From: Pasteurella multocida
GTDB lineage: Bacteria > Pseudomonadota > Gammaproteobacteria > Enterobacterales > Pasteurellaceae
Assembly: GCF_900187275.1 (NCBI RefSeq)
Contig: NZ_LT906458.1
Coordinates: 60,001-92,000 of the forward strand
DNA: 32,000 bases
Direction of reading: 5' to 3'
Shown here: positions 16,252 to 25,774 of the stretch, piece by piece
Layout: every line of letters begins with the position of its first letter
How positions within the stretch are numbered: the first letter of the stretch is position 1
The notes under the pieces: model-generated
Told to the model about the DNA's origin: nothing
The model's database searches: none
The model's input: only the letters and a program-made list of their open reading frames with translations
Position numbers and translations under genes: made by a program

Positions 16252-16989
16252 TTAAACCCGAAAGAAAATCCCACTTTCATCTTTTTTCTGCAAAATTTGC
16301 CAGCGGTAGACCGCACTTAAGCGTTCGCTTTGCATCACATCTTCTACCTTACCTTGAGCGATAATTTGACCTTGTTGCATTAAAATAATGTGGTCGGCGT
16401 AACTGGCAGCGAGATCTAAATCATGTAATACCATGACGGCATTAAATTGGGTCTTATGCTGTTTTAAAAATTGCATAAGACTTTGTTGGTGACGAATATC
16501 CAAGTGATTACAAGGTTCATCTAATAAAATCACAGGCGCATTTTGCATTAACGCACGTACGATATTGGCGCGTTGCTGTTCACCACCGGAAAGTTGATTG
16601 ATCCGTTTATGGCGTAAATGACTGAGTTCAAATTGATCTAATAATAGTGATAAATGTTGTTGATTCACTTTTCTGGCGGAGAAAAGAGTTGGGTTGAATT
16701 GTCCTAATTTGACATATTCTTCCACACTTAACGGCATACCATAGCGCCCATTTTGTGCCACAAAGGCTAATTTTCCTGCTCTGATTTGTTCTTGCACGGG
16801 GTGTCCGTTGAGGGTGACCTGTGCATTAAAATAGCCTAATAAGGCACGCAATAAGGTGGATTTGCCTGCGCCATTCGGACCAATAATCGCGGTATGTTTG
16901 CCCTGTGGAATGGTTAACTGATCAGTTTGTAAAATTACCCGCTCATTTGCCTTTAGGGATAAGGGGTGTAATTCAAAGAGTGCTTGCAT
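16252..16989 (-). CDS. ABC transporter ATP-binding protein, iron/heme-chelate (FecE/HmuV) type
   Basis: Walker A GPNGAGKST, signature LSGGEQQR, Walker B ILLDEP. It is the last gene of a three-gene minus-strand operon with 11-12 nt gaps between genes. Confidence 0.9.
   Translation of the reverse strand: MQALFELHPLSLKANERVILQTDQLTIPQGKHTAIIGPNGAGKSTLLRALLGYFNAQVTLNGHPVQEQIRAGKLAFVAQNGRYGMPLSVEEYVKLGQFNPTLFSARKVNQQHLSLLLDQFELSHLRHKRINQLSGGEQQRANIVRALMQNAPVILLDEPCNHLDIRHQQSLMQFLKQHKTQFNAVMVLHDLDLAASYADHIILMQQGQIIAQGKVEDVMQSERLSAVYRWQILQKKDESGIFFRV
16310..16318 (-). repeat. Uptake signal sequence core (ACCGCACTT)
   Basis: Perfect 9-mer inside the 3' end of the ABC ATPase gene. Confidence 0.8.
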
Positions 16990-17000
16990 ACAACGGTTCC

Positions 17001-17945
17001 TTACACTTTACGTTGTGTTGACTGGATAAAGATCCAGAAGAAGAAAGGACCACCAAGTAAGGCAATCACAATGCCCACAGGCAGATCAATGGGATAAGTG
17101 ATAAGACGAGAAGCACTATCCACCGCTAATAAAAATACAGCACCCACCCAAGCGGATAATAAAATCAGTTTACGGCGATGCCCGCCGATGACAGTTGTTA
17201 AAATATTCGGGATCATCATGCCTAAAAAACCAATAATACCAGATAAAGAAACAGCAGCACCGGTTAATAAAGCGGCTGCAATGACAGTTTGTAAGCGGAG
17301 TTTGGATACGGATATACCCATGGTAAAGGCGGTATCTTCACCAAGCATCAAGCAATCAAGCTGGCGACCTAAAATAGCCATCCAAACTAAGCCAATCAAC
17401 ATAATGGCGAAAGGGTAGTAAATAGGGGTAAAGCCGGCTTCTGATAAGCTACCAGCTAACCAAATGGTGGCGCTGCGTAGTACAAGATCATCGGATAAAA
17501 ATAGGATAAGCCCTACCACAGCGGAACAAAAGGCACTGAGGATAAACCCCATGATTAACAAACCCAACGTACCGCCCCCGAATACGTGATGAGCGAATAA
17601 TATCACTAAGCAAACTACTAACGCACCGACAAAGGCGGCAAGAGGTACGCCAATGCCAAGGCTTCCAAATGCCAGTACACAAATGACGCCTAACGCGGCA
17701 CCGCCAGAGGTGCCAATCAAACTGGGATCGGCTAAGGGATTTTCAAATAAGGCTTGCAGCCCGGCACCCGCTGCCGCGAGTGCTGCGCCAACGAGTAAGG
17801 CATTGAGAATACGAGGAATGCGGATATCAAAAACGATGGGAGCAAGGGCGTTTGGTGGCTGCCAACCACCAAAGCCCACGCCAGTTGAAAACCAAATCAG
17901 TAATACGGTTCCCAATATGGCCAAAAAGACAGACAGTTTTTTCAT
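17001..17945 (-). CDS. ABC transporter permease, FecCD/BtuC/HmuU family
   Basis: A 314-aa polytopic protein with Gly/Ala-rich helices typical of type II importer permeases (..IGFLGMMIPNI.. region). Confidence 0.9.
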   Translation of the reverse strand: MKKLSVFLAILGTVLLIWFSTGVGFGGWQPPNALAPIVFDIRIPRILNALLVGAALAAAGAGLQALFENPLADPSLIGTSGGAALGVICVLAFGSLGIGVPLAAFVGALVVCLVILFAHHVFGGGTLGLLIMGFILSAFCSAVVGLILFLSDDLVLRSATIWLAGSLSEAGFTPIYYPFAIMLIGLVWMAILGRQLDCLMLGEDTAFTMGISVSKLRLQTVIAAALLTGAAVSLSGIIGFLGMMIPNILTTVIGGHRRKLILLSAWVGAVFLLAVDSASRLITYPIDLPVGIVIALLGGPFFFWIFIQSTQRKV

Positions 17946-17957
17946 TCGGAATGCAGA

Positions 17958-18746
17958 TTACTTCGCTAAATCATGTAAACGTTTTAACACTTCAGGGGTG
18001 TTTAATCCATAACGTAAGTAATCATTAGCAGACCAGAAATAAATATGACCTGATTTTGCCGCTGGGCTATTGGCAATTTCAGGGCGTTCTAATAATTTTT
18101 CTACTCCACCAATCACTTCTTTTTGGTGTTCTGCCACAATAATGACATCTGGTTGTGCCACTAACCAGGCTTCGCGATTAAGTGGCTTAATCCCTTCTAC
18201 ATCTACTGCTGCGTTTACCCCACCTGCGCGACGAATTAATTCATCTGCTGCAGTATGTTTGCCTGCCACTACGCGACCATCATAGGTTAATAAATAACGT
18301 TTGCCTGTGCTTGGTAATGCTTGAATACCGGCTTCCCATTGGCTTGCCACTTGGTTTGCTTTGTCTTGCTTACCGATTAATTGACCCACTTCACGAATCG
18401 CTTTACCAAAGGCATCAATATGATCTTCGGGTAAAACATTGACAGCCTTTACACCAAGTTGCGTCAGATTATCGAAAATCGTTGCAGGCATTGCCATATA
18501 AGAACCTAAGACTAAATCCGGCTTGCTTTGCACAATCGGCTCAACAGCGAGTTTACGATGAATACCAATCACGGCGACTTTTTCTAAGGCAGGGTTCATC
18601 GTAGTTTGATCACGTCCCACAATCTTATCTTGAGCGTCTAATGCCACCACAATGTCAGCCACATCAGGCGTCAAAGTAACAATTTTTTGTGCATAGGCAA
18701 ACGGGGTTAACGCAGATAAAAACAGAAGCGTAAGAAGTTTTTTCAT
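17958..18746 (-). CDS. Periplasmic substrate-binding protein, cluster A-2 (HmuT/FhuD/BtuF-like), 262 aa from ATG 18746
   Basis: Signal peptide MKKLLTLLFLSALTPFAYAQ, then KIVTLTPDVADIVVALDA..IVGRD and PDLVLGS, typical of heme/siderophore binding proteins. AGGA lies 7 nt upstream of ATG 18746. Confidence 0.85.
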   Translation of the reverse strand: MKKLLTLLFLSALTPFAYAQKIVTLTPDVADIVVALDAQDKIVGRDQTTMNPALEKVAVIGIHRKLAVEPIVQSKPDLVLGSYMAMPATIFDNLTQLGVKAVNVLPEDHIDAFGKAIREVGQLIGKQDKANQVASQWEAGIQALPSTGKRYLLTYDGRVVAGKHTAADELIRRAGGVNAAVDVEGIKPLNREAWLVAQPDVIIVAEHQKEVIGGVEKLLERPEIANSPAAKSGHIYFWSANDYLRYGLNTPEVLKRLHDLAK

Positions 18747-18868
18747 AATCATGTCCTATAATATGAGTTTGACTGTTAATTTCAGTGTGTATTTGGTTTC
18801 GCCAGCGATCCGTCAGTCATGACGAGAGTAGGATTGACTCTATCTGAGCGATGTGCATAAACTTCGCC

Positions 18869-18908
18869 ATTCTATACTGTTAACAAAATAATAACAATTA
18901 TCATTATA
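18869..18908 (-). promoter_or_regulatory. Fur box overlapping the promoter of the ABC importer operon
   Basis: On the minus strand, TATAATGATAATTGTTATT (18908-18890) matches the 19-bp Fur consensus GATAATGATAATCATTATC at 15/19 positions (hand count). It overlaps TTGTTA (18897-18892), which is followed by a 17-bp spacer and TAGAAT (18874-18869). Confidence 0.7.
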
Positions 18909-19053
18909 AAATTATCTTGTTTTTTCCTTGTGATTATTTGAGGAAAAACGCAATAAAATAGGGGAAAATAAGGCGATAGAACACAAATGAAATGGCGGTG
19001 ATAAGAGCGTAAAAATAGCCAAACAAGGCTGTTTGGCTATATTGTTTAAGGGA

Positions 19054-19608
19054 TTATTTTTGTTGGTATTGCTGTTTTAGTTTTTCTTTTTGTGTTTCCA
19101 TTTCAGCATGTAACTTATCCATTTCATTCAATTTTGCTTCAAGCGAAGCCAAATCTTTTTGCGCTTTTTCAAGTGGATTTGCCGTTGCTTTGACCACGAG
19201 TTCAAGCATATCTATTGCTACACTATGTGCTGCTTTCGTTTTTTCAGCTAAGAGTAATACATCAGCATCTTTCAGCTGTAATCCATCGAGTTCTGCACTG
19301 CTTGTCTGTATTTGAGTCCGTAAATTTGATATTAATGTGTTAATTTCTTCTGGAGATAATTGTTTACCACTTTCTATTTGTGCGACTTTTTGCTGTAAAC
19401 CATCGACTTCTTTATTCATTCTCTGATCGGTCGTGCTTTGCCATGTTTCAAAGGCTTCATAATCTTTGCGGAATTGCTCTTGTGGGGAGAGGGTGATTTC
19501 TGCTTTGGGGGCGGGCTCGGTCGTTTTTGGCGTGTTGCTGGCATTATCACAGGCGATAAGGCTTAAAGCAAAACAGGTAACTAAGCTAAGTTGTGTGATT
19601 TTTTTCAT
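19054..19608 (-). CDS. Lipoprotein, coiled-coil-rich, unknown function
   Basis: A signal peptide with lipobox LIAC (Cys20). The remainder is Q/E/K-rich and helical. Confidence 0.75.
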   Translation of the reverse strand: MKKITQLSLVTCFALSLIACDNASNTPKTTEPAPKAEITLSPQEQFRKDYEAFETWQSTTDQRMNKEVDGLQQKVAQIESGKQLSPEEINTLISNLRTQIQTSSAELDGLQLKDADVLLLAEKTKAAHSVAIDMLELVVKATANPLEKAQKDLASLEAKLNEMDKLHAEMETQKEKLKQQYQQK

Positions 19609-19996
19609 CTTGATTTCCTTTTTGAAACGGCAATTGTTGTTTGATTTGTCGTTGCTTGAATTGATTATAAAATATCAAATTATGTTTTAGTAGTGCTTTT
19701 TTCAAAAAGCAAAAGAGGTTACCTGTTTATGATTAAATCAGAGAAGCGATGCTTTCAGCTTATTAAGCATTCTGTATATAAGATACTTCATGCTGTCTTT
19801 TATCACATGCTGTTGTTCATCTCTTTACGCTTAGGAAAGTGCCAGTCACAATACGCTCTTTTGTGTAAACAAAATGATAAACAACGCTTTTTACGGCGAG
19901 CAAGGTAGTTTGAGTTTGCGATTGTGGCATTAGCATAATACATATGCCTGAGTGCGCTGATCGTGTTTAAGTTGAAAAGAAAATTGATAAAAACGG

Positions 19997-20005
19997 ACCG
20001 CACTT
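19997..20005 (-). repeat. Uptake signal sequence core (ACCGCACTT)
   Basis: Perfect 9-mer, intergenic, followed by TTTT. Confidence 0.8.
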
Positions 20006-20088
20006 TTTGCACTGTGCTGTTTTCCTCCATTGTTAAATAGTGCTACTATTGTTCAACTTTTAACAAATTATTGACATTTACTTGCACA

Positions 20089-21168
20089 ATGGATGGGTTA
20101 CTTTTTAGTTTTTTAAGCATACCGATTATTGCCACATTATTGCCTTTTTTGCCGTTTAATCATTGGACGGTGCGTATTTTTGATTTTCCGCGTTTACAAA
20201 TTGCGATCCTCAATTTTCTTTGCCTCGTAATAGGTTGGGTCGCTTTGCCGGAACCACGCTGGTTACTGGTCATCTTACAATTATTGAATTTGACATGCAT
20301 GGGCTATCAAATTTGGGAAATTTTGGCTTATACGCGTTTAACACGTCCGCAAGTCTTACAATATCAAGGCGAACGCGATCAACGTAGTATCTCGTTACTC
20401 ACGACCAATGTGCTTACCCCAAATCGTCAGGTGCATAAATTATTATCACTCATTGAACAATGGCAACCCGATGTCGTATTAACGCTCGAAACAGATCTGT
20501 GGTGGGAGGAAAAGCTGGCTTCGCTCGAAGCGCATTATATTTACACGGTGAAAATCCCGCTTGATAATTTATACGGTATGCATTTATACAGCCGCTTGCC
20601 TTTGCGTAATACAGAGATTCGCCATTGGGTACAAGAGGACATTCCTTCCATTTATACGGAGGCATGTTTACCTTCTGGAGAATGGATTCATTTGTATTGT
20701 TTGCACCCAATGCCACCGACGCCAACAGAAAGTGCCACCTCAACCCAACGTGATGCCGAGTTGTTGCTTGTGGGACAAGAGATCAGTAACCATAATCAGT
20801 CGGTATTGGTGTTTGGCGATTTAAATGATGTCGCATGGTCGACAACGTCACGCTTATTTCAGAAAACCAGTGGTTTATTAGATCCGCGTGTGGGACGAGG
20901 ATTATACAGTACCTTTCATGCCAAATATCCTTTCTTACGTTGGCCATTGGATCATATCTATCACAGTAATGACTTCATGATGCGTGATATTCGTGTGCTG
21001 TCAGAGATTGGCTCTGATCATTTCCCTGTTTATGGCTGTTTTCAATATCATCCTTGTGTTGAGGTTGCGCAACCTGAGCCTGAGGTAGAGGAGACAGATC
21101 ATGAATTAGCGCAAGAAAAAATTGCTGAGGCAGATCCAGAGAAAAAGGTGATTGCTGAAAAATATTAA
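20089..21168 (+). CDS. Endonuclease/exonuclease/phosphatase (EEP) family protein with an N-terminal membrane anchor
   Basis: About 3 N-terminal TM helices, then EEP-like blocks (LLTTNV, VVLTLETD, GDLNDVAWS, GSDHFPV). I prefer ATG 20089 to the track's TTG 20071. Confidence 0.8.
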   Translation: MDGLLFSFLSIPIIATLLPFLPFNHWTVRIFDFPRLQIAILNFLCLVIGWVALPEPRWLLVILQLLNLTCMGYQIWEILAYTRLTRPQVLQYQGERDQRSISLLTTNVLTPNRQVHKLLSLIEQWQPDVVLTLETDLWWEEKLASLEAHYIYTVKIPLDNLYGMHLYSRLPLRNTEIRHWVQEDIPSIYTEACLPSGEWIHLYCLHPMPPTPTESATSTQRDAELLLVGQEISNHNQSVLVFGDLNDVAWSTTSRLFQKTSGLLDPRVGRGLYSTFHAKYPFLRWPLDHIYHSNDFMMRDIRVLSEIGSDHFPVYGCFQYHPCVEVAQPEPEVEETDHELAQEKIAEADPEKKVIAEKY

Positions 21169-21197
21169 ATGTAGAGGAAGGTTGAATTGCTGTTTAT

Positions 21198-21252
21198 CTT
21201 AAGCTACGTAAAGAAAAATGGCACAGTGTACTGTGCCATTTTGTAGCTTAAG
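21198..21252. terminator. Bidirectional terminator / long nested palindrome between convergent genes
   Basis: Inner 10-bp stem ATGGCACAGT (21218-21227) / ACTGTGCCAT (21230-21239), flanked by an A-run and a T-run. Outer arms CTTAAGCTAC (21198-21207) / GTAGCTTAAG (21243-21252). Confidence 0.75.
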
Positions 21253-21257
21253 TCAGA

Positions 21258-22913
21258 TTAGCAATCCTGCTTACCAAATTCATCTTGACGTAAAATGTGA
21301 CGAACACTTTCATCAAATTGGGCTAACACTTGCTCAGCATCTTTTGGATCTTTCCCTTTCGCATCGAGGTAGAACTTGATTTTTGGTTCTGTACCAGATG
21401 GGCGTACGATCAAACGACTACCATTTTCAAGAACGAACACTAAAATGTCACTTTGGCGATCGGTTTTGGTGTGATCCAAGAATTGTGCGACTTTGAAACC
21501 GCCGATATCGCTTGGTGGATTTTGACGCAGTGCACTCATTAATTTGCCAATTTCAGATAAGTCATCAACACGAATCGAGATTTGTCCACTTACATAAGCA
21601 CCAAATTCTTGAGTGAATTCATCGGCATAGTCGGCGAGTGTTTTGCCTTGTTTTTTCAAGTAACGTACTAAATCTAAAAACGAAATAGCGGCAGAAATAC
21701 CGTCTTTATCACGGACTTTGTCTGGGTCAACTAAATAACCTAATGCTTCTTCAAAGCCGAATAATAACCCATCGACTTTACCAATATATTTAAAGCCAGT
21801 GAGTGTTTCTTCTGATTGGAAACCGTATTTTTTCGCAATCTCAGCCAGTGCTGGCGAAGAAACTAATGAACAAGCAAGAATGCCTTTTTGTCCTTGTGCA
21901 TGATATTGTTTCGCTAAGTACCAACCTAAGAAACAACCAACCACATTACCATGCAACGGTTTCCAGTTGCCTTCTGCATCTGGTACTGCGACGGCTAAGC
22001 GGTCAGCATCTGGGTCATTGGCAATGATAAATTCGGCATTTTTCTCTTTCGCTACTTTAATGGCTAAGTCTAATGCGCCTTTTTCTTCTGGATTCGGGAA
22101 GTTTACTGTTGGGAACGTGCCATCTGGCCACACTTGCTCCGCCACTAAATGTGGTTGTGGTAAACCTGCTTTAGCTAACGTTTTGCTCAATACTTCATAG
22201 CCGACACCGTGCATTGCGGTATAGACATAATTAATGTCTGTTTGGGGTTCTTTGGCAAGGCTAGCTGTTTTCGCAATGTAGGCATCAACGACTTCGTCAT
22301 CCAGTACGATAAAATCTTGGCTACGTGGTAAATCTTTAATGGAGCCAGCCGCCACTTTATCAATCAGTTTAGCGATGTCTTGGTCTGCTGGAGAAACAAT
22401 TTGACCGCCACCATTGGCTTTACCTAAATAGACTTTATAGCCATTATCTTCTGGAGGGTTATGACTTGCGGTCACCATGACCCCCGCTGTGGTATCAAAA
22501 TATTTGATCGCATAAGCAAGGACTGGGGTTGGCAATTTACGTGGTAATAAGTAGGCTTTGATGCCTGCGCCAGCCATAATTTCGGCAGTATCGCGTGCAA
22601 ATACATCTGAATTTTTACGCCCGTCATAGCCAATGACAATAGAAGGGGTTTTATCATAGTCTTTTAAATAATCGGCTAAGCCCCCCGCTGCTTGTGCAAC
22701 TAACACGCGGTTCATCCCCATTGGTCCGGCTTGTAAACGACCACGTAAGCCTGCAGTACCAAACTGTAAACGACCATCAAAGCGTGCATTTAATTCTGTG
22801 CTTGCTTTCGCATCCCCCGTTTTTGCCGCGTCAAGAAGTGCGGTAAGTTCTGCATGTGTTTCAGGATCAGGATCTTGTGCTAACCAATGTTGAGCAAGGG
22901 TAAAGATTGACAT
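21258..22913 (-). CDS. Alpha-D-phosphohexomutase (phosphoglucomutase/phosphomannomutase, PGM2/PgcA-like)
   Basis: The 551-aa product has the active-site loop TASHNPPEDNGYKV, the metal loop DPDADR and the sugar/phosphate loops GFEEALG and RPSGTEPK. AAGGAG lies upstream of the start. Confidence 0.92.
   Translation of the reverse strand: MSIFTLAQHWLAQDPDPETHAELTALLDAAKTGDAKASTELNARFDGRLQFGTAGLRGRLQAGPMGMNRVLVAQAAGGLADYLKDYDKTPSIVIGYDGRKNSDVFARDTAEIMAGAGIKAYLLPRKLPTPVLAYAIKYFDTTAGVMVTASHNPPEDNGYKVYLGKANGGGQIVSPADQDIAKLIDKVAAGSIKDLPRSQDFIVLDDEVVDAYIAKTASLAKEPQTDINYVYTAMHGVGYEVLSKTLAKAGLPQPHLVAEQVWPDGTFPTVNFPNPEEKGALDLAIKVAKEKNAEFIIANDPDADRLAVAVPDAEGNWKPLHGNVVGCFLGWYLAKQYHAQGQKGILACSLVSSPALAEIAKKYGFQSEETLTGFKYIGKVDGLLFGFEEALGYLVDPDKVRDKDGISAAISFLDLVRYLKKQGKTLADYADEFTQEFGAYVSGQISIRVDDLSEIGKLMSALRQNPPSDIGGFKVAQFLDHTKTDRQSDILVFVLENGSRLIVRPSGTEPKIKFYLDAKGKDPKDAEQVLAQFDESVRHILRQDEFGKQDC
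22836..22844 (+). repeat. Uptake signal sequence core (AAGTGCGGT)
   Basis: Perfect 9-mer inside the phosphohexomutase gene. Confidence 0.8.
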
Positions 22914-23084
22914 AAATTCTCCTTAATTTTATTAAAAATTATGCGGTATATAACATAGTTAGACTAGCCGAAAAAAAGCAGAATGAAAATGATCAAACTC
23001 AAATTATTTGAACTGAGTCACTTTGCAATCGATTACGTTTTTATTTGTGTGGAAGAGGTAGGCAAAGAAAAGGAAGCGCAGTAT

Positions 23085-23120
23085 AAGAAAAGGGAGACAG
23101 AGAGGAGATGATCCTCTCTG
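23085..23120 (-). terminator. Rho-independent terminator of the lipoprotein gene
   Basis: CAGAGAGGA (23098-23106) / TCCTCTCTG (23112-23120). On the minus strand this is followed by TCTCCCTTTTCTT. Confidence 0.65.
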
Positions 23121-23130
23121 TGATGTCGCC

Positions 23131-23685
23131 TTATAATAACAAGGCGGCACCCCATTTAATGATGTCAAAGAAGAATTTATTTTGGTTAGTCGCAACACCG
23201 TCAGGGTTGTGTTTATCTTGGTTAAGTGGATTTTCTTCAGCCATGCCACTTTTATATTGACCTTTGACGACGGCAAGATCGTCTTTTGCTTGCATTCTCA
23301 ATACACGACATGGTTCTTCTTCTAACGGTTTTTCTTGTCGTTGCTTAAATTTTTTGTATTGTAATATGGCATAACCCATGGACTTTTCATCTGCTTGGAT
23401 CATTTTGACATATTGTTCGCCAATGATTTCTTCGAGTGGATAGAAAAAGACATATTGCGAATGGATATAGGCGTCTTCTTTGGAAAAATGTTCGCGTTGG
23501 ATACGGGTTAAATTTGGGTAAATACATTGTTCTACTTGCGTACTGGCGATTGCCCAACGTCTGGCATCTTGATCAGAAAGCTCATAATCAAGATTGGCAA
23601 ATTCGGCAGGAAATGTCGTAGGTTTTGTAGATAAACATGCCGAGAGCGAAAGCGTTGTCATGAGTAAAATCAATAGTCTTAACAT
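23131..23685 (-). CDS. Lipoprotein of unknown function (184 aa from ATG 23685)
   Basis: [17 protein letters not shown] lipobox, with AAGGTG 4 nt upstream of ATG 23685. The track's start at 23757 adds an implausible 24-aa extension. Confidence 0.7.
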   Translation of the reverse strand: MLRLLILLMTTLSLSACLSTKPTTFPAEFANLDYELSDQDARRWAIASTQVEQCIYPNLTRIQREHFSKEDAYIHSQYVFFYPLEEIIGEQYVKMIQADEKSMGYAILQYKKFKQRQEKPLEEEPCRVLRMQAKDDLAVVKGQYKSGMAEENPLNQDKHNPDGVATNQNKFFFDIIKWGAALLL

Positions 23686-23773
23686 ATTACACCTTAAACA
23701 GGATAAAAAATTGCGCGCGATTGTAGCAATAATCAGGCAATTAACAAAGTTTTTCATTTCGATATGAGGGCAA

Positions 23774-23782
23774 AAGTGCGGT
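23774..23782 (+). repeat. Uptake signal sequence core (AAGTGCGGT)
   Basis: Perfect 9-mer, intergenic, followed by a T-rich flank. Confidence 0.8.
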
Positions 23783-23832
23783 GAGTTTTTGCTTTATTTC
23801 ATAAGGCGTTGACTCCACAACGCCCTGTCTTG

Positions 23833-25590
23833 TTATTGAATGTGTAATTGCTGTGAATGGTGCGGAATTAACGTCGAACGGTGTCCAACACTGATCACAG
23901 TAATCTGAGGCAGTTCATCTTTCAGTAAGCGGTACATCGCATCTTCCAGTCCTTCATCCATGCTGGCAGTGGCTTCATCTAAGAAAACAACAGTAGGTTT
24001 ATGCAATAAAATGCGAGCAAACGACAGACGTTGTTGTTCACCTAAAGAGAGTACCCGTGTCCAATCATTTTCTTGTTCTAGTTTATCGCTTAAATGCCCG
24101 AGTTGTACTTTCGCGAGTATGTCTATAACTTGTTGCTCATTCACGTCTTCAGGCGCCAGTTCAGGATAAAATAGGGCATCAAGTAGGCGACCTTGTGGCA
24201 AATAAGGTTTTTGAGAAAGAAACAGAGTATCTTGTTGTGGACGTTGAATTGTCCCACTAGCATAAGGCCATAGTCCCGCAATGGTTCTTAACAAGGTTGT
24301 TTTCCCTACACCAGAATGTCCTTGAATTAATAACCATGTACCGAGAGGAAATTGTAGGTTGAGCTTGTCAATTAAGGTTTTTCCTTGCGGGGTCTCTACG
24401 TTGAGATCATGAAAACCAATATCATGACGACTTTCTGTGAGCACTAATTTGCTTGGGCGATTAGCCGCTTTAATCGCGCTATGAAAGCCAGTTAAACGAT
24501 TTAACACCGCACGATAAGCGGCAAAGTCATCATAGGAATTACGGAAAAAAGACAACGAGGATTGTACTCGACCAAAAGCACTGGAGGTTTGCATTAAATC
24601 GCCCAGTGTGATTTGTTGACGAAAATAACGTGTCACTTGAATCACCAGCGGAAAAACCACCGAAATCTGCGTAATGATTAAGTTAAAACCGGATAATTTC
24701 AAGGTGCGGTAGATTACTTGCCAAACGTTATCAATCACCTGATTAAATTGTGTGGTCAATAGACGTTTTTCCATTTTTTCACCACGATAAAAAGCAATGC
24801 TTTCAGCATATTCTTTCAGACGGATAAGTGAATAACGGTAGTTGGCGTTTAAGCGTTCATTGGCAAAATTGAGCTGAATTAACGGGCGACCGATTTTAAA
24901 TGCCACAATACTGCTAAACAGCACGTAAATAAAGACCAAAAAGACCATCGCGTGAGGAATTTCAATATTGGCAATGGTCATCGGTCCAGAGAGATTCCAT
25001 AAAATAATGGTAAACGCAATGATTGAAACGATAGAAGAAATTAACCCCGTCGCAAAATCTAAGCTGGTCGACACAAAGGAACTCACGTCTTGTTGAATAC
25101 GTTGATCGGGGTTATCTAATTGGGCTTCTACATATTGCGTTTTGTAATACGCCTGATTTTCTGTCCATTTATTGAGCATTCTATTGTTGAGCCACATTCG
25201 CCAGTGGATCAAAAAACGTTTACTCAAGTAGTAAGTCAGTAGAGCGTTCGTAATACTTGAACTGGCGATCACGGCAAATACCACCATTTGCTGCCAAAAG
25301 ACGGTTTCATTCATGTCTTGTAATGATTTGTACAACGCGTTGTACCAGTTTGATACCAAAATATCGATACGCACTGAAAGTAAATTGAAAAACACAATAA
25401 TCATAAAATAAAACAGTGGTAAGAGATTGTGTTTGGGGTGGAAATAGTCTTCCGCCAAAAGCCAAAACTGGCGACCCCATTGCGTGGTTTTTGCCAAGAT
25501 ATAAACGGTGAGAGGAAAGAGTAACGTTGTCAATGAAAGGCTTTTTAGTAACCAAATAAAAGAATCATATAATTCTTGTGACCAATCCAT
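23833..25590 (-). CDS. yddA: Fused permease/ATPase ABC protein with an SbmA/BacA-like membrane domain (YddA-like)
   Basis: 585 aa. The N-terminal half is a 6-TM SbmA/BacA-type region. The C-terminal NBD has GHSGVGKTT, LSLGEQQR and VVFLDEATAS. Confidence 0.8.
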   Translation of the reverse strand: MDWSQELYDSFIWLLKSLSLTTLLFPLTVYILAKTTQWGRQFWLLAEDYFHPKHNLLPLFYFMIIVFFNLLSVRIDILVSNWYNALYKSLQDMNETVFWQQMVVFAVIASSSITNALLTYYLSKRFLIHWRMWLNNRMLNKWTENQAYYKTQYVEAQLDNPDQRIQQDVSSFVSTSLDFATGLISSIVSIIAFTIILWNLSGPMTIANIEIPHAMVFLVFIYVLFSSIVAFKIGRPLIQLNFANERLNANYRYSLIRLKEYAESIAFYRGEKMEKRLLTTQFNQVIDNVWQVIYRTLKLSGFNLIITQISVVFPLVIQVTRYFRQQITLGDLMQTSSAFGRVQSSLSFFRNSYDDFAAYRAVLNRLTGFHSAIKAANRPSKLVLTESRHDIGFHDLNVETPQGKTLIDKLNLQFPLGTWLLIQGHSGVGKTTLLRTIAGLWPYASGTIQRPQQDTLFLSQKPYLPQGRLLDALFYPELAPEDVNEQQVIDILAKVQLGHLSDKLEQENDWTRVLSLGEQQRLSFARILLHKPTVVFLDEATASMDEGLEDAMYRLLKDELPQITVISVGHRSTLIPHHSQQLHIQ

Positions 25591-25718
25591 AGCTGTTCCA
25601 AATTGAAATAATGTTTAAAAAACAAGCCAGTATTGTTAAAAATTTTGACATTTTTAGCAAGAAAAATGTGATTACGGTTAAATTTTTAGTATTTCTTCAA
25701 GTTTTTAAAAAAAGAGAT

Positions 25719-25727
25719 TGCTATAAT
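25719..25727 (+). promoter_or_regulatory. Extended -10 element (TGcTATAAT) upstream of yidE
   Basis: TG at 25719-25720 and TATAAT at 25722-25727, 48 nt upstream of the ATG. The -35 is poor. Confidence 0.35.
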
Positions 25728-25774
25728 TCATTTTAGTTATTTTTGTTAAATTTAAAATTGATATAGAGGTTAAT

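Noticed and set aside
16179-16364. 61-aa plus-strand ORF spanning hairpin D and the 3' end of the ABC ATPase gene
   Set aside because: It is composed of the repeat/terminator sequence and antisense ATPase sequence, with no RBS.
17098-18285. Plus-strand ORFs (106, 119 and 71 aa) and a 64-aa minus alternative-frame ORF inside the permease and binding-protein genes
   Set aside because: They are antisense or out of frame within a tightly packed, well-supported ABC operon.
16252-18746. Identity with the Haemophilus influenzae MolBC-A (HI1470-1472) molybdate/tungstate type II importer
   Set aside because: The ATPase and binding-protein sequences do not resemble what I recall of HI1470/HI1472, and the strong Fur box points to iron or heme. 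I left the substrate unassigned.
19466-20030. Small ORFs (74, 71 and 75 aa) in and around the 480-nt intergenic region between the lipoprotein and EEP genes
   Set aside because: They have no RBS, implausible basic or Cys-rich composition, and overlap one another and a USS. The region is more likely two divergent promoters.
23004-23276. 90-aa minus-strand ORF overlapping the lipoprotein gene's 3' end and its terminator
   Set aside because: It is an alternative frame across a terminator hairpin with a low-complexity translation.
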